Virus record (IMG/VR): IMGVR_UViG_3300045413_000192
Span: 1,077 to 65,076 of that record
DNA from: a virus
Lineage: Duplodnaviria > Caudoviricetes
DNA: 64,000 nt
Direction: 5' to 3' (one strand)
The notes beneath the pieces were generated by a model, which saw only the letters and a list, made by a program, of their open reading frames with translations, made no database searches and had not been told where the DNA came from. Numbering within the stretch: position 1 is the stretch's first letter; every line of letters begins with the position of its first letter. Positions 35,807 through 44,418 of this stretch are shown here, piece after piece. The position numbers were made by a program, and so were the translations under genes.

Positions 35807-35974
35807 CGTTACTTGCACGTCAGTGTATTTACGAGCATGCTCGTAAGTTTACTGGCGTGCTTGTAAATCAGCAGACGACTGCACTTAACCCTTCCGTTGA
35901 TACGAATTCGTATCGGCGGTGGGTTTTCTGCAGTCCTCACCAGGACTGCTGCTGTCTACACAACTACAACCCAC

Positions 35975-36172
35975 ATGAAACGCATTGCTCGACTAGGCAA
36001 GAATCAATTCATTCAACTTGATTCTTATGGGTCTCAACATGAGACGCCTGTTGCCAACTTCTTTGTCGGCTTTTTCGTTACTGCCATTGCAGTCATAACG
36101 ATGTGCGCCGCAGTTGGCATCGACATCACTAATCTCAACCAAGGACAAACCAATGAGCACATTAAGCGCTGA
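35975..36172 (+). CDS. Small membrane protein
   Basis: One hydrophobic helix, FFVGFFVTAIAVITMCAAVGI. Confidence 0.55.
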   Translation: MKRIARLGKNQFIQLDSYGSQHETPVANFFVGFFVTAIAVITMCAAVGIDITNLNQGQTNEHIKR

Positions 36173-36503
36173 CACTGCTCTCATCCAAGACCGGATGAAT
36201 GGCTTGATCAAAGCAATGATTCGTAAGTTTGAAAAGCAACATCCAACGATGTACGGCTACCTCGACTTTGAGATTGAACGTGGTACAAAATATTACAAGA
36301 TTATTGAGATAACCAATGCAAATGAGACGAGACCATCAAGGTCTATCCATGCATTTGTATCACGGCAAACAGGTGCCGTTTACAAACCGGCCAGCTGGAA
36401 AGCTCCGGCTGCTCACGTCCGCTACCAACTGCTGGATGACGAGTCCTATGAGGCATGTCTACACAATGCCGACTCCGCAGGCAGTTACCTCTATATGAGG
36501 TGA
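36153..36503 (+). CDS. Conserved early phage protein
   Basis: GTKYYKI...SIHAFV..TGAVYKPASWKAPA.HVRY, a motif common in phage early genes. Confidence 0.75.
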   Translation: MSTLSADTALIQDRMNGLIKAMIRKFEKQHPTMYGYLDFEIERGTKYYKIIEITNANETRPSRSIHAFVSRQTGAVYKPASWKAPAAHVRYQLLDDESYEACLHNADSAGSYLYMR

Positions 36504-36628
36504 CAGAGGTTGGACCCCACTCCCCCCACGACCACTACCGGTAGTGTGGGAAGGGGTGCTGGGGACTAAACCTAGTACTTGCATCCAGTAGATTTACAGC
36601 TATTCTCGTATCGAACTCCATTCAACTC

Positions 36629-37051
36629 ATGGACACCCTCAGCCAACTCGACATCCAAAACCCTGATCACGTCTCGGTGATTACTAGGGAAGGCAGAGTC
36701 ACGATCTCTGTCTTGAAAGACGGAACATCGGTGACCCTCGGACTGCCGATCCGTCAGGTAATCAACACAACTCCTCGGCCTGCACTCCAGCAGGACGGTG
36801 AGATGGCACTGGTCAAGAAGATTGTTTCCGGTGAATCTCCACGGAGAATTAAACCACAAGCTTTCTGTAACGCCAAACTCTCCGAAGGAGATGTCCGCGA
36901 AATCAAGGGTGTTCTTGCAACGCCTTCAATCATGAAGGAATTCAAGAGCCTTAATCGCGCTTACATCGACATCGGTAAGGCGTACGGCGTTAGCCAACAC
37001 ACCATCTCCAACATCCACAAGGGAAAGGCCTGGTCTCACATCCAAGCCTGA
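36629..37051 (+). CDS. Protein with C-terminal HTH
   Basis: NAKLSEGDVREIK...IGKAYGVSQHTISNIHKGKAWSHI, an HNH-associated HTH type. Confidence 0.7.
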   Translation: MDTLSQLDIQNPDHVSVITREGRVTISVLKDGTSVTLGLPIRQVINTTPRPALQQDGEMALVKKIVSGESPRRIKPQAFCNAKLSEGDVREIKGVLATPSIMKEFKSLNRAYIDIGKAYGVSQHTISNIHKGKAWSHIQA

Positions 37052-37164
37052 CCTACGGGATTAGTACACACGTACTTGGTATCACCTCGGATTGGGGTGG
37101 TATCACCTTCGTCCTGAGTATGACGTTAAACTGCTCAACACCTTGTACTACACCAATTCAAACT

Positions 37165-37359
37165 ATGACTCAACTCGACAACAACTACAACGCTGACTTG
37201 CTTGACGCCATGGCTGACATGGCCTATCAACAAGAGCAAGCCATGCGTGAATCTCAACAGACCGAATGGTCACTCATTGAAGACAACGGTACTTTCGTTG
37301 GCTTCCAAACAACAAATGAATGGGAGGGCATCATCTATGACGATGAAGATGCATCGTGA
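37165..37359 (+). CDS. Small acidic protein
   Basis: MTQLDNNY..., after a P-III pseudoknot. Confidence 0.55.
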   Translation: MTQLDNNYNADLLDAMADMAYQQEQAMRESQQTEWSLIEDNGTFVGFQTTNEWEGIIYDDEDAS

Positions 37360-37425
37360 TAATAATTATCATTTCATTGAAGTAATCATTGCCCTTACGT
37401 CAATCCTCATTACAACACTCCTGTC

Positions 37426-37782
37426 ATGCTTCACCCCATCACTGCACAAATCGCTGAACAAATCACTGGCTACATCCCCTTCTCCGAAGAAGAAGGACAA
37501 GAACAGTTCCAAACAGACATCACCTACGATCCAAGCAAGTTCGACGTCGAAGACGAAGACACGCACCCGGTCAACGGCAGTGTCTACATCAACAAGCAAG
37601 GCGTCTACCGTTGTTACTGGAAACCCCAGTGCAGCGAAGAAGAACTTGAAGGATGGTACAATGTCCCAACCAACGAGGAAATCGAAGAGTGGTGCCTTGA
37701 CTCAGTCTGCTTCACTCCAGGGGACGACGAAGTCGAACCCGATCATCCCGACAGTTGGCTCTCCATCCTTGGCTTGATCTAA
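37426..37782 (+). CDS. Acidic early protein
   Basis: Ends ...PT.EEIEEW..DSVC.TP.DD.VEPDHPDSWLSILGLI. Confidence 0.7.
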   Translation: MLHPITAQIAEQITGYIPFSEEEGQEQFQTDITYDPSKFDVEDEDTHPVNGSVYINKQGVYRCYWKPQCSEEELEGWYNVPTNEEIEEWCLDSVCFTPGDDEVEPDHPDSWLSILGLI

Positions 37783-37796
37783 TCAGTTACAACACT

Positions 37797-38045
37797 ATGA
37801 GCACTCAGGTTCAAAACGAAGTTCCTGCATTGTCTATCAATCAAAGGAATCTTTATCTTTACTACTTAAATCACAAGCGTAAACACCCGCGTGCTCCATG
37901 TTTTGTACCAAAAGTTTCAGTCCAAGAAAATTGTATGGCTGACTACTTAAAAATACTTGAACATCTTGAGAAGATGAATTTAATACGTGTAGATCGCACC
38001 AGTGATAACTACACGGGTTGGATCATCTTTGATCCACAGAGGTAA
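37797..38045 (+). CDS. Small winged-helix-like protein
   Basis: LSINQRNLY...YLKILEHLEKMNLIRVDR. Confidence 0.55.
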   Translation: MSTQVQNEVPALSINQRNLYLYYLNHKRKHPRAPCFVPKVSVQENCMADYLKILEHLEKMNLIRVDRTSDNYTGWIIFDPQR

Positions 38046-38055
38046 CTACTACCAA

Positions 38056-38106
38056 CCTGGGCCTCTGCAATTGAGAACTTTTCTCAATAGCGGTGTAAGT
38101 CCCAGG
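38056..38106 (+). ncRNA. Internal-loop hairpin element (second copy 39319-39376)
   Basis: YCTGGG-CMT-CTGY...GCRG-TGTAAGT-CCCAGG with unrelated apical hairpins. Confidence 0.55.
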
Positions 38107-38135
38107 CTTTTCATTCCATTGCACACCAACTAACC

Positions 38136-38435
38136 ATGGAACAAACCAAGAGGTATCCCGAGTTTTCCACCAATGAATACGCGCATTTGCAGCGGATCAT
38201 CAAGGAACTTAAAGAAGTCCTCGAGCGTGATGGTAAACGTCATGAAATGGATCAAGACTTGACTCCATCTATGCGTGCACTGCTAGAGGACGAGATCATT
38301 CCAGTGCTTGAAAATGAACTGGATTATGATCCAACTCCTCAATACCTTTACGATAATACAGATGGTGAACCACCAGTCACTGCAGCGGAAACGCACCATG
38401 CAGCCTGGGTTCAACACCAGGAACTTCATCGGTAA
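38136..38435 (+). CDS. Hypothetical protein
   Basis: ORF after an A/C-rich leader. Confidence 0.65.
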   Translation: MEQTKRYPEFSTNEYAHLQRIIKELKEVLERDGKRHEMDQDLTPSMRALLEDEIIPVLENELDYDPTPQYLYDNTDGEPPVTAAETHHAAWVQHQELHR

Positions 38436-38571
38436 CTGACCTACCGCAAAGTTAAGAAGTTGTTAAGACATGGGTGTACCCCTACAACCCCGCAGGGGAG
38501 TACCAGGAAGAAACCTTATCTTCTATTAGAGTAACCCATGTCTTATCCACCATTCATTCCATTTAATCACC

Positions 38572-38778
38572 ATGCCTAACAACACTCCCCGCATACCAGA
38601 CTCCATTGATAAGCAACGACTTTGTGCTATGCAATTCGTAGCAAAGCTGAAAGAATCAGCCGACAAGTACGGTGTTGGATTCGTTGGTGGATTCATTGCA
38701 CCCAACGGTGAGAAATTCATGATGTCCAACATGTCTGAAGAAGACACCCAATTCCTTTTGCCAGATGACCTCAAATGA
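38572..38778 (+). CDS. Hypothetical protein
   Basis: ORF coupled to the next gene. Confidence 0.65.
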   Translation: MPNNTPRIPDSIDKQRLCAMQFVAKLKESADKYGVGFVGGFIAPNGEKFMMSNMSEEDTQFLLPDDLK

Positions 38779-39125
38779 AACCTAAACGCATTGGTTCAAA
38801 AACCAACGTAAGTTCAATGTCTGACTACGATGATCGCAACGTCATCATTGATGATGTAATCGAAAAGTTTAACTTTGAAAAGGTTCACGTCGTAATGGTT
38901 GCTCTGGACTGGGTTTGGCAAACCACAGAAGGTGATGGACTTGCTGTGCCTTCTGTTGCCAGGCTCAAGGCCAGGGCTCGTCACTTGTTGCGTGAAGCCA
39001 TCAACCATAAACATGTTGCAACCGGAGGGTTTGTAGCACGTTATTTTCCCAAGGTTGATGACGAACCGGAGCAATTTACTTTGCAGTTCATTCTTGAATC
39101 CGTTGATTCTGACTGTTATGACTAA
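38775..39125 (+). CDS. Hypothetical protein
   Basis: FNFEKVH.VM.ALDW.W...TGGF, a phage-type motif. Confidence 0.65.
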   Translation: MKPKRIGSKTNVSSMSDYDDRNVIIDDVIEKFNFEKVHVVMVALDWVWQTTEGDGLAVPSVARLKARARHLLREAINHKHVATGGFVARYFPKVDDEPEQFTLQFILESVDSDCYD

Positions 39126-39315
39126 ACGCTCAGCCTTTAACTTCGACAAAACTATTGCCGGAGTCAACATCACAGAACGTGGGATCAGGTCGTTTACCAA
39201 ATCGATACGGCTTGGTCCCATACAATTCACTCTTAATGCCAGACCATCAGGTATGCTTGGGTCAATCTCGATCCCAGGCACTGGCTTGAGCAAACGAAAC
39301 ATTAAATTATTCTAA
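39118..39315 (+). CDS. DUF4236-like small protein
   Basis: FTKSIRLGP...N...SISIPGTGLS. Confidence 0.55.
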   Translation: MTKRSAFNFDKTIAGVNITERGIRSFTKSIRLGPIQFTLNARPSGMLGSISIPGTGLSKRNIKLF

Positions 39316-39401
39316 AGATCTGGGCATCTGTAGTCGTTGTGCACACAGCACAGAAAGACGCAGTGTAAGTCCCAGGTTTTACTGTATTTTCACACAACAC
39401 C

Positions 39402-39608
39402 ATGACATACGAAGAGTTTTATCAACTCACTGAAAACATGATGAAAGGTGGATCGTTTGTGTCCACGCTTGCTCAAGCAATGCGGTATGCAGATCCCAAT
39501 AACCGTGAGCGGTTGCTTAATGCATTTCCCGATTTGGTCCAGCGTTATGGTCCAAATGGAATGTTTGAAACCGCACGTGTTATGGCCCAGTCCCTTATCA
39601 AGAACTGA
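39402..39608 (+). CDS. Small phage protein
   Basis: GGSFV..LA.A...AD..NR.RL..AFPDL..RY motif. Confidence 0.7.
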   Translation: MTYEEFYQLTENMMKGGSFVSTLAQAMRYADPNNRERLLNAFPDLVQRYGPNGMFETARVMAQSLIKN

Positions 39609-39610
39609 CC

Positions 39611-39868
39611 ATGTCAATCCTTGCAATTGAAGACACTTTTATTAATGGATCTGATGTCACAGTTACAGCAGTGGTTGAGGACATGCGTTTGCTTTATCGG
39701 GCAACGTATTACGAACCTGAAGAATGGGCTCCTGCTCTTTGCTCAGCAACTTTCCAGTTGGATGAGGGAGAACAAATCCCTCTTGATGAAGATAGCTTCT
39801 GCAGTTATCTTGATCAGCTCGATCTTTACTGGCAACTCGTCGACACCACTGACTGCGACGTAGACTGA
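39611..39868 (+). CDS. Small acidic protein
   Basis: In-operon ORF. Confidence 0.65.
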   Translation: MSILAIEDTFINGSDVTVTAVVEDMRLLYRATYYEPEEWAPALCSATFQLDEGEQIPLDEDSFCSYLDQLDLYWQLVDTTDCDVD

Positions 39869-39931
39869 TTCATCGTCCTGGGCATGACGTTAAACTGCCT
39901 ACCACACCACATCAACACCACACATCACACC

Positions 39932-41725
39932 ATGCAATTCCAACTTCCCCAACACTTGCAAACAGAACTGCTTGCCTACGATCCCAAACTTAAAGCCTTG
40001 ACTCGTCAAGCTTCATCTAAAACCACCACCAAGAAAGCTAAATATCCGCACGGTAACGTCAATGATTTGATTCCTGTTGAAGTCGTACGTGTATCACTGC
40101 AACAAGATGCGGTCGACAACATTAACGCTAATCCAGCATCAAGTCGTTATCATTTGTTTACCAAGCTTGTGGATGTGGCAACTCCGCAAGCACGCACCAA
40201 AGCTACTGCTATTCTCTATCATTACGAACAATGCTGGTACGCAGCCTGGCTTCCGCCTAAAGGCAAGGAGCAAGACTACGTTTACGGTTATGCTATTGCT
40301 TTTAAGGACACAGCGGCAGCACAAAAGACGGTGTCATCAAACTACTGGCGCAACCGCAGCGACTATCCAATCAAGCAATATGGTCGTACACAGTTTTATG
40401 TGTACACAAAATATGTAACAACACAAGACATTATCAATGGTGATGACACGCGTAACTGGCGTGGCTCTCGTGTTGCCAGCTACTATCAGAAGTCTAAGGA
40501 CTTGGCAAAAGCGGTTAATAAATTTGAAGAATCATTGAAAGAATCTATTCCTTGCTGGTCAGATTCACATGACATGTTTGGTCGTATCAAGGCAACTACA
40601 ATTTTTCATGCATTGGAGATTCCTTGTTTATCAAAAATAACTATTGATTCAAGTTTGCAATTTACATCACAAAACTTAATGGATGTTTTGCAAAAGATTA
40701 GTGACGCTGACGATAGCTTTGGACATCTTTATGCTTTATCTCATAGCAAAAAGATTCTTGAGGTCAAAGACGTATTAAATACTCCATTCTTTCGTCGTTG
40801 GATGCAAGAACACTGTGATCAAGCAGTGCAAGCATACAACAATCCTGAAACACAACTGCGTACTGATATCACCAAACACTACAAAATTATCGTAGCTTTT
40901 GCTGAAGCTGTTAGTTACGTTCGTAAGTTTTGGCCTGATTGTCCTGTTGATTTCTTTCAATCACACATAGATCAATTACTTGGTACACGCTTGCGTGATT
41001 ACTCATCCGACTGTACTGAACAATGGTTGCGTCAGCACATGCCTGTTGCATCATTCTTTCAGATGCTACGTAAGTTCCATGACCAAGCCAAGGTTGACTA
41101 CGAACGCAACCATCATTCTTATGCCAAGACTGAATATGGTATTGCTGTCTTTGGGTTTGGTGATTGGGACGATACAGTCTCCATGCTCTCTCGCATTTTA
41201 AATAAATGCAAAGAAACAGATCAAACCTTTGCACCACCAAAGCGTTGGCGTATTGAAGAGTTCCATGATTATGTTCAAGCTGAATCTTGGAAACTAACAA
41301 ATCCAAATGAGATGTTGCCCCAGGATTTATTTCCTGAACCAACCAAGATTGAACTTAACAATCAAACATGGACATTCTTCCAGCCCCATGACACACATCA
41401 ACTAGCTATGTGGGGTCAGGCCGTACGCAACTGCGTTGGCTCTGCATCACACTACGCTGATGATTGCAAGAAGAAGAAGCACTTTATTGTGCTTTGTATG
41501 ATTGACGGCAAACCTCAGTTCACCATTCAACTCACCGTTGATATGGGCATGATGTCCGTCAAGCAGATTGCTGGCATTGCTAACAAGCGTCTTGACGACA
41601 TCCAAAAGGATCAATACACCAAGGCATTTGGCTTGGCCTTGCAATCCCGTGAGGCTGCGCTAAAATCCCGACAACACAAACTGACCAGCCTTGGTCTCAG
41701 TATTTGGGGCTGGTCTTATTTATGA
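39932..41725 (+). CDS. PcfJ-like domain protein
   Basis: C-terminal EFHD...P....QL..WGQAVRNCVG...Y...FTI.L......KQI.G..N. Start taken at MQFQLP, after the C/A-rich leader. Confidence 0.75.
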   Translation: MQFQLPQHLQTELLAYDPKLKALTRQASSKTTTKKAKYPHGNVNDLIPVEVVRVSLQQDAVDNINANPASSRYHLFTKLVDVATPQARTKATAILYHYEQCWYAAWLPPKGKEQDYVYGYAIAFKDTAAAQKTVSSNYWRNRSDYPIKQYGRTQFYVYTKYVTTQDIINGDDTRNWRGSRVASYYQKSKDLAKAVNKFEESLKESIPCWSDSHDMFGRIKATTIFHALEIPCLSKITIDSSLQFTSQNLMDVLQKISDADDSFGHLYALSHSKKILEVKDVLNTPFFRRWMQEHCDQAVQAYNNPETQLRTDITKHYKIIVAFAEAVSYVRKFWPDCPVDFFQSHIDQLLGTRLRDYSSDCTEQWLRQHMPVASFFQMLRKFHDQAKVDYERNHHSYAKTEYGIAVFGFGDWDDTVSMLSRILNKCKETDQTFAPPKRWRIEEFHDYVQAESWKLTNPNEMLPQDLFPEPTKIELNNQTWTFFQPHDTHQLAMWGQAVRNCVGSASHYADDCKKKKHFIVLCMIDGKPQFTIQLTVDMGMMSVKQIAGIANKRLDDIQKDQYTKAFGLALQSREAALKSRQHKLTSLGLSIWGWSYL

Positions 41726-41943
41726 CTCACAACTACACTGATGATCAACTGCTTGCCATGGCAATGGCAAACATTGGTGAATTCATTCACGACAATTCTC
41801 CGCATTATGTTTTAATCGAAGAAGATCCACGTAACGAAGAAGACTACGATACTTGGGCTTATGGCACTGAGCCGTTGCCCCAAGATCATACTTGGCGTTC
41901 AACTTCCATTGAAGTTGATGTAAGTCCAAGTGAGCCCGAGTAG
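41722..41943 (+). CDS. Small acidic protein
   Basis: MTHNYTDD.... Its stop lies within the tRNA. Confidence 0.6.
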   Translation: MTHNYTDDQLLAMAMANIGEFIHDNSPHYVLIEEDPRNEEDYDTWAYGTEPLPQDHTWRSTSIEVDVSPSEPE

Positions 41944-42009
41944 CCCAACGGAAGAGGCAAACGACTTAAAATCGTTCCAGCGTGAGTTCAAATCTCACCT
42001 CGGGTACCA
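41934..42009 (+). tRNA. trnL: tRNA-Leu (anticodon UAA), 76 nt, short variable loop, encoded CCA
   Basis: GCCCGAG/CTCGGGT acceptor, AACGA-CTTAAAA-TCGTT anticodon arm, GTGAG-TTCAAAT-CTCAC T arm and ACCA end. Confidence 0.9.
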
Positions 42010-42031
42010 ACACACTTACTTGATTCACACC

Positions 42032-42394
42032 ATGCAAATCTTTGCTGCTTTCAAATCAATCATCCCTGAGTTCCATGCTTTCTCCGACGACGACAATCGT
42101 TACAACCTTGGTGCAACTTGGACTGCACCAGATGGTCTCAAGGACTACCACAATTTGGAACTCCGTTATGTACACAACTCTGAGCGCCTTGCGTTGCAGG
42201 GCGATCCTCAGCCGGATGGCAGTTGGAAGTACACCGAACCTAACGGCTATGTCCACACCATTACTGCTGAACGTGCCAAGCACTTCATGGAGCAAACCCA
42301 TCAGCATGCCACAATCATGTGCGCCATGCTTGATAAGCTTCAAGAAGCAGGCGTTATGCAACCGGTAGTAGACACGCAGGTTCAATCTGCCTAA
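42032..42394 (+). CDS. Hypothetical protein
   Basis: Starts MQIFAAF after the tRNA. Highly expressed codon bias. Confidence 0.7.
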   Translation: MQIFAAFKSIIPEFHAFSDDDNRYNLGATWTAPDGLKDYHNLELRYVHNSERLALQGDPQPDGSWKYTEPNGYVHTITAERAKHFMEQTHQHATIMCAMLDKLQEAGVMQPVVDTQVQSA

Positions 42395-42414
42395 ACTGCA
42401 CGCGGAACCTCTGG

Positions 42415-42440
42415 AGCCCCTGCAAAAGCGGGGGCTTTTC
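42415..42440 (+). terminator. Probable terminator
   Basis: GCCCCTGC-AAAA-GCGGGGGC followed by TTTTC. Confidence 0.65.
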
Positions 42441-42443
42441 TCT

Positions 42444-42806
42444 ATGATTGGCCAATCTCAAAACGATCCCATTGATCTTGATCTAGTCGATAAAGTCATT
42501 GCCATGGTTCCAAAAGAAACATGGTCTGTTGTTATTGATGCCATTGTCTCCAACATTGTTGATGCAATGCCAAGTACAGTACTTGAAAAACTAACAGGAT
42601 CAATAGATGACTTTGATCGTGCAGAGGAAATCCTTTTGGATTATTACCGCATTGATGGTCGCCATGAAGATTTGATTGTTGATGCATTCAAGATTCTTGG
42701 CGCAGAAAATACTTTGTATCTTTTGGATTCATTACAGCTTGATAAATATGTAGAGATCCGTCATGGTTCTACAGATACTGCACCGTGTTCTATTGAACCC
42801 CAATGA
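42444..42806 (+). CDS. Acidic hypothetical protein
   Basis: ORF coupled to the next gene. Confidence 0.6.
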   Translation: MIGQSQNDPIDLDLVDKVIAMVPKETWSVVIDAIVSNIVDAMPSTVLEKLTGSIDDFDRAEEILLDYYRIDGRHEDLIVDAFKILGAENTLYLLDSLQLDKYVEIRHGSTDTAPCSIEPQ

Positions 42807-43147
42807 AATGTCCTGTTTGTTCAAGTAAGTACACACGCGTTACATGCACTAATCATTTCCAAAGATTTACAAAACGTTATTGCCGTTGCCTTTCGTGCAA
42901 TACCAAGTATCGTACTGTTGAAAAGTATGAGGCCGCAAAGCCTGGGCCAGCCAAAGGTCAACCAAGGCCTGGCAAAATTGCCCGTGGCAGTGAACATGGT
43001 TCTGCCGTTCTGACAGAAAAGAATGTTCTCCACATCCGTCGCATGCACACTTGGGGGTCTACCCTCCAGGTTATTGCAGCAAGGTATGGTATGAGTGCTT
43101 CTTACATTTCACGGATCATTAACCGTAAAGTTTGGACTCACATTTAA
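42803..43147 (+). CDS. Zn-ribbon plus HTH putative transcription regulator
   Basis: MKCPVC...TRV...RYCRCLSC..KYRTVE (NrdR/Ogr-like ribbon) fused to an HTH ending WTHI. Confidence 0.7.
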   Translation: MKCPVCSSKYTRVTCTNHFQRFTKRYCRCLSCNTKYRTVEKYEAAKPGPAKGQPRPGKIARGSEHGSAVLTEKNVLHIRRMHTWGSTLQVIAARYGMSASYISRIINRKVWTHI

Positions 43148-43446
43148 TGGCAACTAAAGCACAATTCCGTTATGCCATAGGTGATCGCGTTGCAGAACGC
43201 CCCAAAACCCATGGCATCTTTACCAACAATCCACAAGTTAAACAACGCATTGCACAACATAGAACTCAACGGTATGGTACCGTCATTGACACCAAAGAAA
43301 AGCGTGACTCTCGTGATAATGCCATCAAAGTATTAATTATCCAATGGGATCATTTGGTATCACCCAGTGAACATTTACAAATGCGTATCTGCCCTGTTGA
43401 ATATTTAAATCAACTAACCAAAAAAGTTATTGTTCCAGGAGAATAA
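43147..43446 (+). CDS. Hypothetical protein (SH3-like)
   Basis: RYAIGDRV...GTVI....IQWD. Confidence 0.6.
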   Translation: MATKAQFRYAIGDRVAERPKTHGIFTNNPQVKQRIAQHRTQRYGTVIDTKEKRDSRDNAIKVLIIQWDHLVSPSEHLQMRICPVEYLNQLTKKVIVPGE

Positions 43447-43447
43447 C

Positions 43448-43654
43448 ATGAATCATCGCACAGATATGATCATCCGAGCTGTTGCAAGTTCTATTGCAAT
43501 TCTTGGATTTTTAATACTTACCCATGCAATCCTTGAAAACAACAGTGAACCTATAGAGAAATTTAAAGTTATAGACAAATACAAGAATTGCAATGTGGTC
43601 AGATACACTGATCCCAGCAATCAATGGCACTACCTACTGCACTGCGGTCTATGA
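43448..43654 (+). CDS. Small membrane protein
   Basis: TM helix followed by FKVIDKYKNCNVVRYT...HYLLHC. Confidence 0.65.
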   Translation: MNHRTDMIIRAVASSIAILGFLILTHAILENNSEPIEKFKVIDKYKNCNVVRYTDPSNQWHYLLHCGL

Positions 43655-44298
43655 ACGTTCAACTCATTTGGTTTACACCCAAAGCAGAAGAAATGATTGT
43701 CAAGATGGCACGCGTTTCTGCGCCAAAGAATCAAGACAACATGGATACTGCTCCACACTTATTGCGCTACCTGATTAAACACAAGCACTGGTCACCATTT
43801 GAAATGGCAAACATGTGCGTTGAGATTGAAACAACCCGTGCAATCTCTCCACAAATACTGAGGCATCGTTCATTTAGTTTTCAGGAATTTAGCCAACGTT
43901 ATGCTTCTGCAAATGAGTTAGGATCTGCTGTCATTCCTCATCTCAGGCGGCAAGACAATGCGAATCGTCAAAATAGTATTGATGATTTATCGCCTGAGTT
44001 AATTGCTGGATATTACCGGCGTATCAGCCAATTGTGTGAAGATGCTGAACATCTGTACAAAGAAATGGTAAGCAATGGAATCGCAAAAGAATGTGCGCGT
44101 TCTGTCTTGCCGCTTTCAACACAGACTCGTCTTTATATGAACGGTACAATCAGATCGTGGATTCATTACCTCCAATTGCGCACAGCCAATGGAACCCAAG
44201 CCGAACACCAACAAATCGCACAGTGGATTAAACAAATCTTCTGTCAGCAATTCCCTGTTATCGGGGAAGCTGTCTTCCAAGAAAAAGCCTCTGGTTAG
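43651..44298 (+). CDS. thyX: Flavin-dependent thymidylate synthase
   Basis: HWSPFEM, QILRHRSFSFQEFSQRY, KECAR.VLP, R....Q.EH. Confidence 0.96.
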   Translation: MNVQLIWFTPKAEEMIVKMARVSAPKNQDNMDTAPHLLRYLIKHKHWSPFEMANMCVEIETTRAISPQILRHRSFSFQEFSQRYASANELGSAVIPHLRRQDNANRQNSIDDLSPELIAGYYRRISQLCEDAEHLYKEMVSNGIAKECARSVLPLSTQTRLYMNGTIRSWIHYLQLRTANGTQAEHQQIAQWIKQIFCQQFPVIGEAVFQEKASG

Positions 44299-44418
44299 AC
44301 CAGGGATTGATGAATGGAAATCAGAAGGACATGGTTGTTTGTTCTTTTGATTTGCAACTGGACCTGGGATGTCCTTAAACTCATCCATAGGCTACGCTTA
44401 TCTTTACTACACCACACC

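Noticed and set aside
32650-35949. CRISPR-like array of repeats with unique spacers
   Set aside because: The spacers are 160-400 nt ORFs, the repeats belong to several families and covary as RNA structures, and no cas genes are present.
37202-37777. 191-aa overlapping S/T/K-rich ORF
   Set aside because: An alternative frame over two better-supported acidic ORFs. Its composition is what frame-shifted D/E codons would give.
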